DNA of 64,000 nucleotides from contig CP068257.2 in NCBI GenBank assembly GCA_009914755.4, positions 9,664,001 to 9,728,000 on the forward strand, written 5' to 3'. The notes below the pieces were generated by a model that was not told where the DNA came from, did no database searches, and saw nothing but the letters and a program-made list of their open reading frames with translations. The DNA comes from the human T2T-CHM13v2.0 reference genome, Homo sapiens. Shown here one piece after another: positions 13,847-27,960 of this stretch (within the stretch, counting starts at the first letter, position 1; the number at the start of each line of letters is the position of its first letter). Both the position numbers and the translations under genes were made by a program.

Positions 13847-16120
13847 CTGGGTTATAAATTTGTTATTCCTCTTGTGGTTGTTTGGGATGTGTATTTGTGT
13901 GTGTGCACATATACATATTATTGAATTTACCACGTTACTCCAAAGGCTTTTCTTTAACTATTTTGCTTGATGTATATTCAACAATGATAGTCTCAAACAA
14001 ACAAACAGAAAACAGAAACACATCTGATTTTTCACCAATACTGTTTATAGAATGAATCTGTATAGAGTCTGAGGCTATTCTGATGATAAATTGATTATAG
14101 GACTAGAAAAAACTATTTTGCCATTTTACAAACTCTCATTATGCACCTTATATAATAGTGCCAAGTTAATAAATTTGCTTCTATGTTTATAGTCTGCAAC
14201 AGAAAAAACTTATGAGGTACTATTTTCCAGATGAAAGTGAAAGTGATGACAGATTTTATTTCTACACTTAAATTATTAAGATATACCTTTATTATGTGAG
14301 CATAATCGATTTTATTGCAGGGAAGGCCCTTAATTCAGTAAAAAAGACAAGATTGCTTCTTGAATATTAAAACATTTTCATCTTTTCAGTTTTGCTTTTC
14401 TTGATTATCTATTTTTCTTTTTACTGAGTAATGTATATCATTTTTTAATTAAATATAATTTAAATAATATTTTACAATAATCTAAAATGCTTCTGAATAC
14501 TTCGTCAATAACTTTTGGATGTTCAATAACATTAAGAACGATTACATTTTTCAAATATTATTTTTGCATTATTTATATGTTTGCATTTTTACAAGTGTTC
14601 TAATCGCATATTGCAAGGCCAAATCAGAATTTTTAAAGACTTCATTTTATTAACATTTAATTATAGCAATAATTAAGAAATAAAATAAAATGACATAAAA
14701 TTTTAAATCATATGAATAAATTAAACCTATATATTTAAATTACTTTACAATTTTAGCATTTTTCATAAATATACAGAAATTTCATTTCGTATCTGTTGTT
14801 ATAATTATTACAATATTAAAATTATGTAATGGAAAAATACATTAAGCATCAATTAAGACAGCATACATCTGTTGGCAAAAGAAAGAGAAGGTATATTTGA
14901 TTTCCTTGATTTTTTCCTCTCAAAATTGAGAAATAGTTTAATTTTATAAATCTATATCCATTTAAATTACTTAAGTCACCATTTTAGCCTAATTTTTTCA
15001 TTTTCTAGATAGATTACTCTTCTTTTTTCTTAAAAAAAAGGTATCATTTATTCTGGTTACGAGTAAAAGACAATTTTAGATGTGCAAATATTTAGATATG
15101 TAATCACAATTAGTATTTTTACTTCATGAAATCTTTAGGCGCAAACTTTGCTGTTCTAAACTAAAATTTGGATTCCAATTCAAAAGCTAAAGACTATCAT
15201 AGTGTGATTATCCCAAATGAACTCTTTTACCTAACACTTACTGAAATTTCAAGATAAGTAGTATTGAGATTCTACAAGTCAGTAAGAGGTCTTCTCTCTG
15301 TGAACTTTTAGGTTTTAAGGGCACAAGGAATTTAATGGCTACTGGGCTAAAGAATGTAATAACCACTACTGTGCATATGATTTTAGTCATATAGGCAAAA
15401 AGCCTAGGAGTTACATTGTTTGGTCAGATGGCATAAGTACAATTAATTGCAATATAAATTGTCAGATTGTTTCATAAAGCTCTACAATAAATTATTCTTC
15501 ACCAGAAATATATGAGAGAACACTAGAAACAATAAGTCCTATAGTTATCTTTAAATGCTACCAATTTGATGGTTTTTCTGGTGACATTCCTGTGTTATTT
15601 TAATTTGTATTTTCTTTACCACCCATGAATCTTAACAGATTTTTTCTATGAAAGTTCAGCACTTTGATTCATTCTTCTGTGGACTGACTGCCTGTGCCTA
15701 TCCACTTCCCTGGCTCTCTTGCTTGGTGTGTGCATGTGGCTTAGTTTTAGCAAATAGAATATTTGCTGTCCCTGAGCCTTAGTCTTAAATCCTTATACAA
15801 GCACTTTTTCTTGTTATCTTACCTGTTTGTCTGACTTGGGTGATGATTCTTAGAGTAATTTTGGTTGCCAAATGTTAAAGTTAGTAGAACTACTATAAGC
15901 CTCTGAGTGGCTAAATGGTAGTTATTTCTGTGGCCTGAATACTCTTATGAGATATTCAGAGAGATTGAGAGGGAAGAATTATTTTTGAAGACATGGAATT
16001 TTTATTTTCTATTCCTTAGAACAGTTTAGTTTACCCTAAATAGTAACTACCTATTATTTTCCTCTGCTAATTTTTCTTGAGGCTCCTAACTTTATCAGGT
16101 GAATTTTAAGATATCTGTGA

Positions 16121-16452
<332 letters not shown>

Positions 16453-18730
16453 TTACCTTTTTGTCATCTATTTAACAAAATATTTGCTCAAATATATACT
16501 TCCATCTGACAACTATTTAACATTACTTTTCTAATATTTTTACCTTATTGCTGCTGACTTGATACATTTTTATTCATTCCACTACATCCTTGTTATTTTG
16601 GAAGATCTATCCTTTATTTCTTTATTAAGGGGTATCTTCAATTTTTTGACCTCACAATTAGATGCATAATTTTCAAGTACTATTTGAAATAAAGATACCT
16701 TCTATTGTCTTAGCAAATTAGTCAATTTCTCTACTTACCCCTCCTCAATAAGTTGACAAATTCAAAAAACATAAATTTCCCCATTTCTTTTTCACCACTC
16801 CCCTCCAAGAAACCTTGGAACCAGTTTGTTCCAAGGTTTGTTCCCACCAAAGTCTAGATTATACAAAAATATTTTAGAATGTTAATGATATATTGTTAGT
16901 AAAATTCTTCTATTGAATAGTTTATGATAATTTGTCAACATGAAATGTTAGGCAGACATTGAATACCAACTAGAGCTATTCATATTCTCTTAATGGGATT
17001 TCCATTGAGTTATTGATGAAAGATAAAGTGATATAAAGAAAATGTGTATACACCAAGTGCAAAATATTTTATACCCTTTATGTGGCCATGAATATTAAAT
17101 CATAGTTATGGGAGGAAATTGCCAAATACATATATTAGGCTGTTAAAAACTGTTTTTCTGAGCTCTGGAAACTGATGGATAGGCATAGCAGAAGAGAGCA
17201 GAAGCAAGCCAAGAAATCAAGGAAAAGATACTGCTATATAACAAGAAATAAAATAAAAGTACGTAATGTAATTCCCTTAGAAAATGAAGTTGGGTGACTG
17301 AGAAGATGTGGAGAACCTTTATACCAATTTCCTTTTTCTAATCAGATTTGATTATAAAACATCGACATAAAATCAATATATGTGTATTATATTCATTTCA
17401 ATTTTAATTTCAAGACCTAATTTTGCTGTCTTAAAGATCATGGATAACTCCATCTTATCTCAGTGTTCAATCTATAATTCATTAAAACAGTTTTCAAAAG
17501 AATTTTCAAAATACTTTATTATGATTACAACCATACTTAATCTTAAATTAGGACATACTATGTGATAAATACTATGGTGAAGTACTTCTCAATAATCCAT
17601 ATTCTTAAACACAACAAGTTCTAGGATCAATCTGCTTAAATTTATATATTTGCTCAATCATTTGCCACATAAATATTTTACAGATAAAGAAACTAAAACA
17701 CTTTTTTTTTCTCCGAAACTGTTTCAGGGCTAAGTAACTTACTCATGAGCTTGGTAAAAATAAAAATTATTAGATACCTTGTGGATCCGTTGCATATATT
17801 TCAAATTTAAGTTTTTGAAGCACTTTTTGAAAAGACTTCTTTATGTGACATTTGTTCATTAAAAACACAGTGATTCTTTTTTTGAAATACGATCCAATTG
17901 TAAAATATCCTGTGTCTAGAAATGAATTTATTTTCCTAACAAAAGTGTATTAAATTAATTAATTAAATTCTCAGAACCATTATTTAAACCAAGTTTGTTG
18001 ATCCTACAACCAGTGAAAATAATCCCTACAATGCTAAAAATGTGTGTGCTATTATCCATCTATTTCCTAGTTCATTAAAGCCAAGTTATCATAATCTGGA
18101 CTTTTTACCAAAGATTTTCAGGGATGTCAAAGGTTTTTACTCCTAAATTTAATATGCTGAAATATTACTTTATGTTCTATTTATTTTTTTCATTTAAAAT
18201 AACATTTTTCTCTATGTTGCGATTGCAAAAATTAACTTATTTACATATATACATGATGTCATGATATAATCTAGGCACAATTTTGGATATTTCCTTTTCC
18301 CAATCTGTTTAACTTACACAGGTAATCAATATATGTAATCACCAAGCAAAAGACCTTCATTGGTTTCTATTTTGTTATTTTTTCCTCTGGAAAAGTGTTT
18401 AAGATAGTTTTAACATGAAGAATAGCGACCATATTTTTTGCATACTGTTATTTCTTCAAAGACGCTTAATCTATATAAACAAATTTTAAAAACCCTGGTA
18501 TCAGTTGGGTAAAATCTCTGAGATTTAAAATATTTACTAAGCTACTAAATGTTAAGCAACACGGGATTTTGAGAAATTGGCCAATGGCAAGGATTGTAAG
18601 GGAACAAAAACTTGGAAACAATGCTGTTTGTCGACATCTTGAATAATTTGCTGTGCCTCTATTTTATGTCACAGTATTTCCACTTCCAGGCCTATACAAA
18701 TAAATAAAATCAGTATTATACACAGAATAG

Positions 18731-18733
<3 letters not shown>

Positions 18734-18769
<36 letters not shown>
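18734..18769. repeat. (CA)18 dinucleotide microsatellite
   Basis: An uninterrupted run of acacac... is directly visible. Confidence 0.97.
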
Positions 18770-18770
<1 letters not shown>

Positions 18771-19989
18771 GCGTTCAGATATAAAGATTTCAACTGTAGC
18801 ATCATTTGTAATAAACAATATTGGAAACAATGTTGGTATATATTGCTAAGAAAATGTGTTGAGATCAATTTAGTATAATTATATAATGAGATATATGATT
18901 ATTTCATTTCTTTATGGAATGAGTGTAATGGGAAAATCCAGTGGAAAGCTTACGTTAAAGCTAAGAAAGTTAAATCTTTAAGACCTTTCATATGTATGGG
19001 TCTTTCTCGGGGTCATATGAGTTTTGCAAAATTTGCTGTGTAAGATGCTTAATTAAAAATAAGAAAAGCCACACCTGTTTTGACTCCCATTTGCCTTTAG
19101 TCATTTATCTCCCTGTCAGGTAGTGCGGGTCCAGCCTACAACACTTTTAGTATTCAGCTAAGGGGAAGTTGAATAGAGACATATTTAATTTCAGTTCATT
19201 GAGGTTAATGTGTTTGATTTAAAGCCACTTCCATGTAAAATGAAGTTGTTTCTGGCAGTTCAGAGACTTTCTATTGCTCACTCCATAGATTCATCCAGTG
19301 TCGTAGCACAGAGGTGCAGAGGCAGAGAATGTTGTGAGACACATGTCATGCAGTACTTGGTACCAGAGGCTGCAGAGAAGGAAAGAAACAGCTGCCCTTA
19401 ACCTAGCTCTCCTTTCCACTAATTCTTACCGTGGTGGTGATGTGGTGAGAACCAGATGTCCTACATGTAAGGGGATCTGCTGTAGGCAAAGAACTCTGGA
19501 AAAAAGAACCTGAGCGTTTTTGTGGAAGAGTGACCCAGTTGCTCTTGACCCCCTTCTGAGTGTGTCTCCATAGTCACAAAACGGAAAAAAAACTGAGTTC
19601 TTACTTTAACCATTTGGATAAAAATAAATCTCTCTAGGGGAAAGATAACACTAGAGTCTCCAGCTTTGTAACTTCTGGGATGCATCTACTGGGTCTCATC
19701 TTCTCTTGAAATGTAAATATATATCCCTAGTGAGGTAAATCCCTCAGGATGGCCCCTAACCATGTTCTTTCTGTGAATTAATTTCCAGAGCTAGTTCTTA
19801 GCGTAGAGCAGAAGTCTGAGTAAAATTTGTTGAGAAAGTTCTTACTATGCATAAATAACTTTATTTACAGCCTAACACTATCCATTAAAATCAACAAGAG
19901 AAAGACAAACTAATCCAAAATGACCCTGCAATCGGGGCTCTAAAACAATGCAGGTTGACTGTAATTGTTAAAATGAATTTGGAAAGTAT

Positions 19990-20500
19990 TTGACCTTATC
20001 TGTTAAAATTAAGTATATGCATACCCTGTGACCAATAATTCTGCTACTATCATCCAACAGGAACACATAAACATATTCAGGAAATGTACAAAATTGTTTA
20101 TTAAAGAATTATTCACAACAGCTTAAATTGGAAGTTTTGCAGTTATCCATCAAGAGTGAAATAAACACATCATAGCATATATATAAATACATGGAGTATT
20201 ATCAAGCAAGAAGGATAAATGGTATACCCAAGAGAGCTTTGATGACTCTCCCAAATACATTTCTGAGTAAGAGAAGCCATCCAGAAAAGAATATATATTG
20301 TTTAATTCTATTATAAAAGTTCAAAAATAGGTTAAAAAAGTCTATGTTATTAGCAATCAGAATAATAATTACTTGCAGATGGAGCAGATGGTAATTTAAG
20401 GGAATTTTATTGTGAAATATGTACAATCACTTTGTTAAAATTAATTAACTATATACTATTTGTGTATTACAATAAAAATGTTTAATAAACTATCTCATTG
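19990..20500 (+). mobile_element. Ancient LINE-1 (L1M-like) 3'-end fragment
   Basis: An A-rich strand carries ttattcacaacagc...ggaagttttgcagttatccatcaagagtgaaataaacacatcatagcatatatataaatacatggagtattatcaagc. This parallels the L1 ORF2 C-terminus and 3'UTR (tattcacaatagccaaa..caacccaaatgtccatcaactgatgaatggataaac..atggaatactattcagc). Confidence 0.5.
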
Positions 20501-21646
20501 TTGTTATTTACATTTCTTAAATAGCATTTAGGCATGGGTGAAAAGGTTTAACTTGACTGGCATGAATTGCTCAAATACTGTACATTCCAAAGAGGGGTCC
20601 CTCTGCAGGACTAGACCTTAGTCTAGGAGTTCATCTCTGAGCCCTTGGAGTATTTTGCTTGATAAAAGTGTTCTTGTTTTCCTGAAGTCTTGGGCCATAC
20701 TCTCCCAGTTCGACCAGAAAAGGTTATGTTATCAACGTGACTTATGTGAACATCTGTTTTTACTCTGGGTGTAGGAAGAAAGTTGTGCTTAAATGTCATG
20801 GAGCTGAGGTCAATCATATGGGCATTACATGACTATGTGACTGATCCCAGTAAACACCTTCGACAACTAGGCTCCAGCGAGTGTTCCTGGTTGGCAATGC
20901 TTTGCACTTTACATATTGTTGCTGGGATAATTAAACATGTCCCCATGCAACTGCTCTGGGAGGGGACACCTGAGAGCTTGGACTTGGTTTCTCCTGGAGT
21001 TCACTTCATTTGTCTTTTCTCTTAGCTGACTTCTATCTGTACTGTTTTTACTGTAATATACTGTAACAATGAGTACTACAGCTTCTGATTCCCTTAGAGA
21101 TTTCCAGTAAATTACCAGGTCTCAAGTGGTCTTGGGAACCCCTGGCATATTACTGAACTTAAAGTTTTCAGAATATCTGTATTTGATATATTCCATGGCA
21201 AGCACTATATCCATCATACTTTTTCATTTATTGACATAACTCCAAATATTTCCACATATCTAAAATTCAGGAAAGTAACCCTATCCTTACCTCTGAGGAT
21301 AAAGCTTGTTAAGTATAGGTAAACCATGATAATTTAAATTCACCTGTTTGTGACTGACTTTTTTTAATGACTGTTTTTAGTCAAGAAAATGTGAGGGTAG
21401 GTCTGCCAAGAGCTACTGAAAAGAGTTACATTTTCTAAAAAAAAAAAAATCCTCGTCTTTTCTTTTTGAGAATAATTTGTGGTGTTTCTGAAATCATTGT
21501 CTGCCCATAAAGAGAGATTACTTAAACAAAAAGTCTGTATAAAATATGACTACAAATAAAGATGAGAAAAAAATCATATTCTTGATTAATTTATTGATCT
21601 ATTAAATTAATAGTCTTGGAAGTAGATCCCTCTTTGGACTTCCAGT

Positions 21647-21946
21647 TAGAGACAGGGCCTTACTCTATGGCCCAGGCTGGAGTGTAGTAGTGCCACCATA
21701 GCTCATTGTGTAGCTCACCGCAACCTCAAACTCCTGGACTCAAGCAAACCTCCTGCCTCAGCCTCCCAAGTGGCTGGAATACAGACAGGTGCCACCATGA
21801 CCACACCTGGCTATTTTTTTTTCAATTGTAGAGCTAAGGTCTCCCTATGTTGCCCAGGCTGGTTTTGAACTCCTGGCCTCCAGTGAGCCTCCCACCTCAG
21901 CCTCCCAAAATGCTGGGATTCCAGGCATAAGCCACGAGACCTGGCC
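21647..21946 (-). mobile_element. Alu SINE, minus orientation, diverged (older subfamily)
   Basis: The sequence runs gagacagggccttactctatggcccaggctggagtgtagtagtgccaccatagctcattg...cctcagcctcccaagtggctggaatacag...ctgggattccaggcataagccacgagacctggcc. Confidence 0.9.
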
Positions 21947-22369
21947 TATTTATAGTTTAAATTTTCTCATCGTCTAAATAAAAGATCTAAAACTAATTGT
22001 CTAAGTTGGCGGAGCAGTCAGAACACACACATTTATTGATTAAATTCATTGTCTTATATGGATGTGGTTCATGGTGCCCAAAACAATTACAATAGTAACA
22101 TCAAAGGTCACTGGTTACAGATTACCATATCAAATATAATTATAATTAAAAAGTTTGAAATATTGTGAGATTTACCTAGATATGGCACAGAGATACAAAT
22201 GAACACATGCTATTAAAAAGTGGTGCCAATAAAGTTGCTTGATGCAGGGTGGTCATAAACCTTCAATTTGTGAAAAACACATTATCTGTGAAGCCAAGTG
22301 AAGCAAAGCACAATCAATTGAAGTATGTCTATATTCCACTGCCTTTGTAGAGTGTATATAGTTGTATTA

Positions 22370-22520
22370 CATAACATATATAATATATATAATATATATA
22401 TTTGGGTATATGTAATATATATTATATATATTTGTATATATATTATACATACATATTATATACATATATAGTATGCATATATATTATACATATATATTAC
22501 ATATATATATATATTTGATA
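22370..22520. repeat. AT-rich (TATATA/TATACA)n-like simple repeat
   Basis: A degenerate atatataatatatatatttg...atatattatacatatatattacatatatatatatat tract is directly visible. Confidence 0.85.
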
Positions 22521-24078
22521 TGGACTGTGTCTTGTTTCCCCAAAATTAATATATTGAAGCCTTAACTCTCAATGTGTTAGCATTTGGAGGTGGGACCTTT
22601 GGAAGTAATTAGGTTTAGATGAGCCCATAAGGATGGGGTCTTCATGATGGGATTAGTGCTCTTACAGGAAGAGACCAGAGAGCTAACACTTTCTATTCGC
22701 TATGTACGTACATAGGAAAAAGGCAGCCCTTTGAAAGCCCAGAAGATGACCCTCCTCAGACTTGCCAGGTTCAAGAACTATAAGAAATAAATGTCTATTG
22801 TTCAGACCAGCGCCTATCTTATTTTTATATAGCAGCCTGAGCTTACTAAAACAATTATTAAGAAAAAACAGCAAAGCAAACAAACAAAAGCAACTATGTT
22901 TAAAACTCCTGGAAAAATAATTTATCTTCTGTGCAGCTGTTTTTTAAGATCTTCCTTTAATGTATTTCCCCTCATTTTTCTTGCGTCTTATTTGGAGTCT
23001 GTAGTAGCATAGTTCTTAATTTGCTTATCAAGTAATTTACATCATATTAAACATGAATTTCAACCAGCAAAGAATATTATTAAAACTTCTGGACTAATGT
23101 TATTCACTTGTATTCTTTCCTACTACCCGGAAATGCTTTTGCTGGCAATGATTTCTCCTTTGATGTTGTGAAGTTTCGGGCCATTGTTAGAGAAACAGGT
23201 CCACTTGCCGATTAGCAGGCAGTAGGCTTTGTGACCTAAGTTCAGTAACAGAAAATCATTACTTTCTCTGGCAATTTGATACAACATGCTTCATATATTC
23301 CAAAATTCATCAATTTTCTGCTCTGTTGATGTCCTCCTTTATTATGTTAAAGAATTGCCACAGTATAGTTTATTCATAATGCTATTTTCAGTTGAATTAC
23401 TAGAGCTCCACTTTAGCATTTTAAAATCATATTATCGCATGTTTATTTCCAAATTAACAGGGCAATAAAAATCCTCTCTTAAAAATCAGGGATATCAGTA
23501 TTCATCTCTTTTCATGTAAAAATATTAAAAAATTAGAAGTGAAATATCACAGAAGATATTTTAAATATGAAGACAAATAATGAAATAAGGAGAATTTTAA
23601 AAGCCAAATATTTTGGATCAGAGTAAGAAGTTAGTGGTAAAAGATAAAGGTTATCCAACAACCTTTTGCAAATGAAGCCAAAAAAGTAGGTTTGCGCAAC
23701 ACTGAATAACTAAAATTACAACTCTTTTATATTTCATTAAAAAACATGCCCTTTTTCAAAAAGTCAGATCGGTTTAATCACACCATAAAATTATTTACCC
23801 AAAGTTAAGGAAAAATAGCATGCTTTCATATAAGTAGAAAATTTAAATACACAATTGATATTTAACGTTCTCTAAGCAATGTAAAGATTGCTTTTAAGCC
23901 ATCTAACAGAGTTGTATTTATTATTAGGGATCAAAAAGTGTGTAAATTAGCACAATATATTTTATATAAAATGAATCTGTTTTCTCTTATAAGAGTATAC
24001 AATTATAATTCTGAATTTTGAATTTATTCTTAAACAAATAAAAACAACTGCTATATCTGAATTCTTGTTTTATGTCAC

Positions 24079-24182
24079 TCTATCTATCTATATTTTTTTA
24101 CTATCTATATTTTTTTTACTATCTATATTTTTTTACTATCTATATTTTAGGCATTTTTACTATCTATATTTTAGGCATTTTA
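24079..24182. repeat. Minisatellite, ~19-21-bp unit (ctatctatatttttttactat) x5
   Basis: Five head-to-tail copies are present with small variations (tttttttt length; last two copies end ttaggcattt). Confidence 0.9.
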
Positions 24183-24240
24183 TAGGCTAAGTATGCGCAG
24201 TTGGTGCTTACTCAATATAGCCTAGCAATGCTCCCTGTTT

Positions 24241-24950
24241 CTTTTTTTTAACCTTTAATTTCAGGGGTACATGTGCAGGTTTGTTATATAAATACATTTG
24301 CATCATGGGGGTTTGTTTTACAGATTAATTCATTACCCAGGCATTAAGCCTATGACTCATTAGTTATTTTTCCAGATCGTCTCCCTCCCCCGACCTTCTG
24401 CCCTCTTGTAGGGCCCAGTGTCTGTTGTTCCCTTCTTTGTGTGCATGTGTTCTCATCATTTAGCTTGCACTTACAAGTGAGAGAATGTGGCATTTGTTTT
24501 TTCGTTCCTACATTGATTTGCTAAGGATAATGGCCTTCAATTCCATCCATATTCCTTCAAAACACATGATCTCGTTCCTTTTTATGGCTACATCTTATTC
24601 CCTGGTGTATATGTTCAACATTTTATTTATCCAGTCTTTACTATTGATGGCCATTTAGGTCTATTCCATGTCTTTGTTAATGTGAATAGTGCTGCAGTGA
24701 ACATATGTGTGCGTGTGTCTTTATAATAGAACAATTTATATTCCTTTGGATATATACCCAGTAATGGGATTGCTGGGTCTAATGGTAGTTCTGTTTTTAG
24801 GTCTTTGAGGAATCACCACACTGTTTTCCACAATGGCTGAATTAATTTACATTCTCTTTAACAGTGTATAGTGTTCCTTTTTCTCTGCAACCTTACCAGC
24901 ACCTGCTATTTTTTGACTTTTTAATAATAGCCATTCTGACTGGTGTGCTT
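24241..24950 (-). mobile_element. LINE-1 3'-terminal fragment (primate L1P-type), minus orientation, 5'-truncated
   Basis: A poly-T stretch is followed by ggggtacatgtgcaggtttgttatata..catcatgggggtttgtt...cccaggcattaagcc...ccctcccccgacc...gttctcatcatttagcttgcacttacaagtgagagaatgtggcatttg...ctaaggataatggcc..tccatccat. This is the reverse complement of the L1 3'UTR and ORF2 C-terminus (...cacatgtaccc..aaaa on the coding strand). Confidence 0.85.
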
Positions 24951-25879
24951 ACTGGTTCTTAATCTCACCCACATCTTAGAATAATGTGGAACATTCAAAC
25001 TACCCACACCTGTTTCTAAAAACTGAAGTTCTGTTTTAATTGGACTTTAGTAGAGCCAAGAAATGAGTATTACTTAAAATCTTGCCATGTGATTCTACTA
25101 GGAAGCCAGAGTTCAGAGCCATGGATTACATTTTTAATATAAATACACATTATTAGTTGAAGCAGTTTTAAGTTAGGATAGCTGTAACGTTGATTGAAAG
25201 GGGAATACTTAAAACAGAACCCTGCCTTGGGTCGTCAAGACTTAAAAAATTCTTCTGTTTTTATTCTATTAAATATAATCATGCATTCATTTACTTTAGC
25301 ATTTGTAATTCTAAAACACATTGCAAATTTCACAAAACTATCATTTTCTAAATGTCAACACTCTAAATACACCATTTATTTTTTAAAGTAGTATATTCAC
25401 TTCAAATTCCATTGCTGTGTCAAGAGTTAGTTGAACTTAAAATATAATTAATAGTTACTCAGCAAAAATAGAAAGATGTTAGCTGACTGTGTCAAAAGAA
25501 ATATTTTAACACTGATTTCATTTTTACTAAATGACTGAATTTTTCTTTATGTTTTATGCTTAAGCTTCTCTGCTTTCTTTCTATTTTTTGTGGTTTAAAT
25601 AAAGAACCATGATTATTTGTATAACTGATTGCTCAAAGTAATTAATCATTTTTCTTATGAAATTACCAGGGTAAATTAAGAATCTTATAATTACAGAGTT
25701 TTCTCTTGCCTAGAGGAAACATACTGAGAAACTGTGTTAGGAAATTATTATTTCAAAACCCAGTCTAAGTTCTTAGCCACTGGACATTTAAAAAATACAT
25801 ATTACATATACTTTTTCTAACATGATTGAGAATATAGTTTGTTTCAGATTTCCACATTTCTTAAATGAAAACAATAAAG

Positions 25880-26183
25880 AATTCAAAAGGCAAAAGGTAC
25901 TGTAAAAAAAGTTATTTGATCACATGTAAATGAAAATTCTACCTTCTTATTGAATTTTACTAATTAGAGGGGTAATTATTCTCACATCAGATTATTTGCA
26001 CAAGATACTATTTCTGATGTATTTTATTAAAGAACTCAAAAGGCAAAGGTATTGTAAAAAAAGTTATTTGATCACATGTAAATGAAAATTCTACCTTCTT
26101 ATTGAATTTTACTAATTAGAGGGGTAATTATTCTGGCATCAGATTATTTGCACAAGATACTATTTCTGATCTATTTTATTAAA
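25880..26183. repeat. Tandem duplication of a ~152-bp unit (2 copies, ~95% identical)
   Basis: Copy 1 is at 25880-26029 and copy 2 at 26030-26183. Both read ga(a/t)(t/c)tcaaaaggcaaa(a)ggta(c/t)tgtaaaaaaagttatttgatcacatgtaaatgaaaattctaccttcttattgaattttactaattagaggggtaattattct(ca/gg)catcagattatttgcacaagatactatttctgat(g/c)tattttattaaa. Confidence 0.95.
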
Positions 26184-26469
26184 AGTCACCATTTATTATT
26201 GGTTTTCATCTCATGTTATATATGCAAATGAAACTCCTTTGAGTATGCAATGGTTATTTACTGCAGTGAATATTGTACAATCATATTTATCAAAATGTTC
26301 TTCTTCAAAATATTTTTCTAATGCTTATTAGCAAGCAGTTTTTATATTTGAGAAAGTGAAACATGGACTTTAGAATCAGATTTAGGCCATATGGTAAGCC
26401 AGCTGCCTGAAAAATCTTCATAACAAATGCTAATATTGATGAATTTTGGAGATGTCATTATATATGTAT

Positions 26470-27460
26470 ACCTAAAACTACAGGAAAACAAAGAAAATTA
26501 CCAATGCCAGAAACACAGGCAACACTTAAAACCAGCAAGACCAGTTGCTCTGACTTTTCTGGATGGAAAGAGAGATGGACCCAGCAATTTATAAATTTGG
26601 ATTTTCTTAAGGCTCATCAGCGAAGGGGTGATGCATAGCTGGACCTAGATTGAAAGAGTAAAGAAAAATACTTATTAACCAACCCAGTACAATTAAGAAG
26701 TTTGTCTGTAAATACTAGAACAATTGGTAGAAAAAACAAATACATATTCTCCCCTGAGAATCTGTAACATCAGGATTATCCATCATGTGTTGTTTGACTT
26801 CAAACTTATAAATTATACAGCCTTGAGCCATGAAGCATCAAATTAACAAATTAACATATAGATTATTTTCTGGCCATTGATACACTGGAAGTTTGGTGGA
26901 AGAGATGCAAAATCATTCCAGAGCAAAAGCTGAAAATTTTTTTCTGCAAAGGGCAAGATAATAAACATCTTACACATTATTGACCATTTTAAAGAGCAGC
27001 TTATAGTCACCAAAAGGAATATCAACAAACTAGCAAGTGAAGATAAAGAATTATCCAGAATGCAGAATATGAACCAAAAGATAGAACATAAGATAAGCTG
27101 AAAGACATGGAGGATTGAATAAAACTATCCAAGGAATATCTAAAAGAAATTCTGAAAAGAGAATAGTAGGAATAAAAATAATGAGATTATAATAGTTTGC
27201 TTCTACTTCTGGGATGAATGTAGTAGTTGTATAAGACACATACTCTTATTAAAATGACAAGAAAAAGCTGGATAAATTATAAAAGCCACATATCTTTTAA
27301 AGCATGAGGGAACTGTAGAAGCAATGATGAATAGATGAACTAAGAGTACAGACATACCTGAGTGTTCGAAATGGGCCAAAGAGCATGATGCATTCATAGC
27401 ATCTACTAGTCAATTCTGGCACAAATTAGGAAGTAGAAGGCATGTTCAATGGAGGCAAAA
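26470..27460 (+). mobile_element. Probable ancient L1 (L1M) 5'/ORF1-region fragment
   Basis: The strand is A-rich and has the word usage typical of old L1 ORF1/ORF2 coding strands (gaaagacatggagg..., gaataaaaataatg...). No family-level match was made. Confidence 0.3.
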
Positions 27461-27539
27461 CAGTAATATATATATAAACATGTGGGTAAGTCTAAAGAAG
27501 CATTTGCTATATTGAATCAAACAAATACAATAAAGTAAA

Positions 27540-27960
27540 ACAAATACTAGAGAACATTGTTAAACTGAGTTAAGTTTGGCTCAAAGTGCCCATTGTACTT
27601 GCCTAATTAAGTTTGGCCCAAAGTGGCATCCATACATAGTGACTGTACTCTAACTTAATGTGTAAATAAGTTGTAAGCTAATGTAGATGTATGGACTTGT
27701 AACCAAGCAACTGAGACTCAACCAATCATAGGAGCCAAACCCTTAGTCAATCCCAAACTGAATGCTGCCAAATTATGCCCAAATAAGGCAAATATTGAAC
27801 TGCACCAATCAGGGAAACTCTGAATATAATTTTCTATGTTCTGGTTATAAATACATCTCACCACTCTGGATGTGGAGTCACTCTGAACAATCTTCGTTCT
27901 GGGATGGTGCCTAGTTCTCAAACCTTTTTCTTGGTCAAATAAACTTAGTGAAATTTAACA
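27540..27960 (+). mobile_element. Possible solo LTR (ERV-type), family unknown
   Basis: It contains a TATA-like ttataaatacatctcacc followed ~110 bp downstream by aaataaacttagtg (a poly-A signal). This is a U3-R-like layout. The segment interrupts flanking L1M-like sequence. Confidence 0.3.

Noticed and set aside
20520-21130. Possible LTR or MER-type repeat (..gggtgtaggaagaaagttgtgcttaaatgtcatggagctgaggtcaatcatatgggcattacatgactatgtgactgatcccagtaaacacc..)
   Set aside because: The word usage is reminiscent of ERV LTRs. I cannot assign a family or boundaries from the sequence alone. It needs RepeatMasker.
24079-24182. Direct repeats that could superficially suggest a CRISPR-like array; the same applies to 55218-55320 and 6791-6905
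   Set aside because: The units are contiguous with no unique spacers. The host sequence is primate nuclear DNA full of Alu and L1. These are minisatellites or LTR tandem repeats, not CRISPR.
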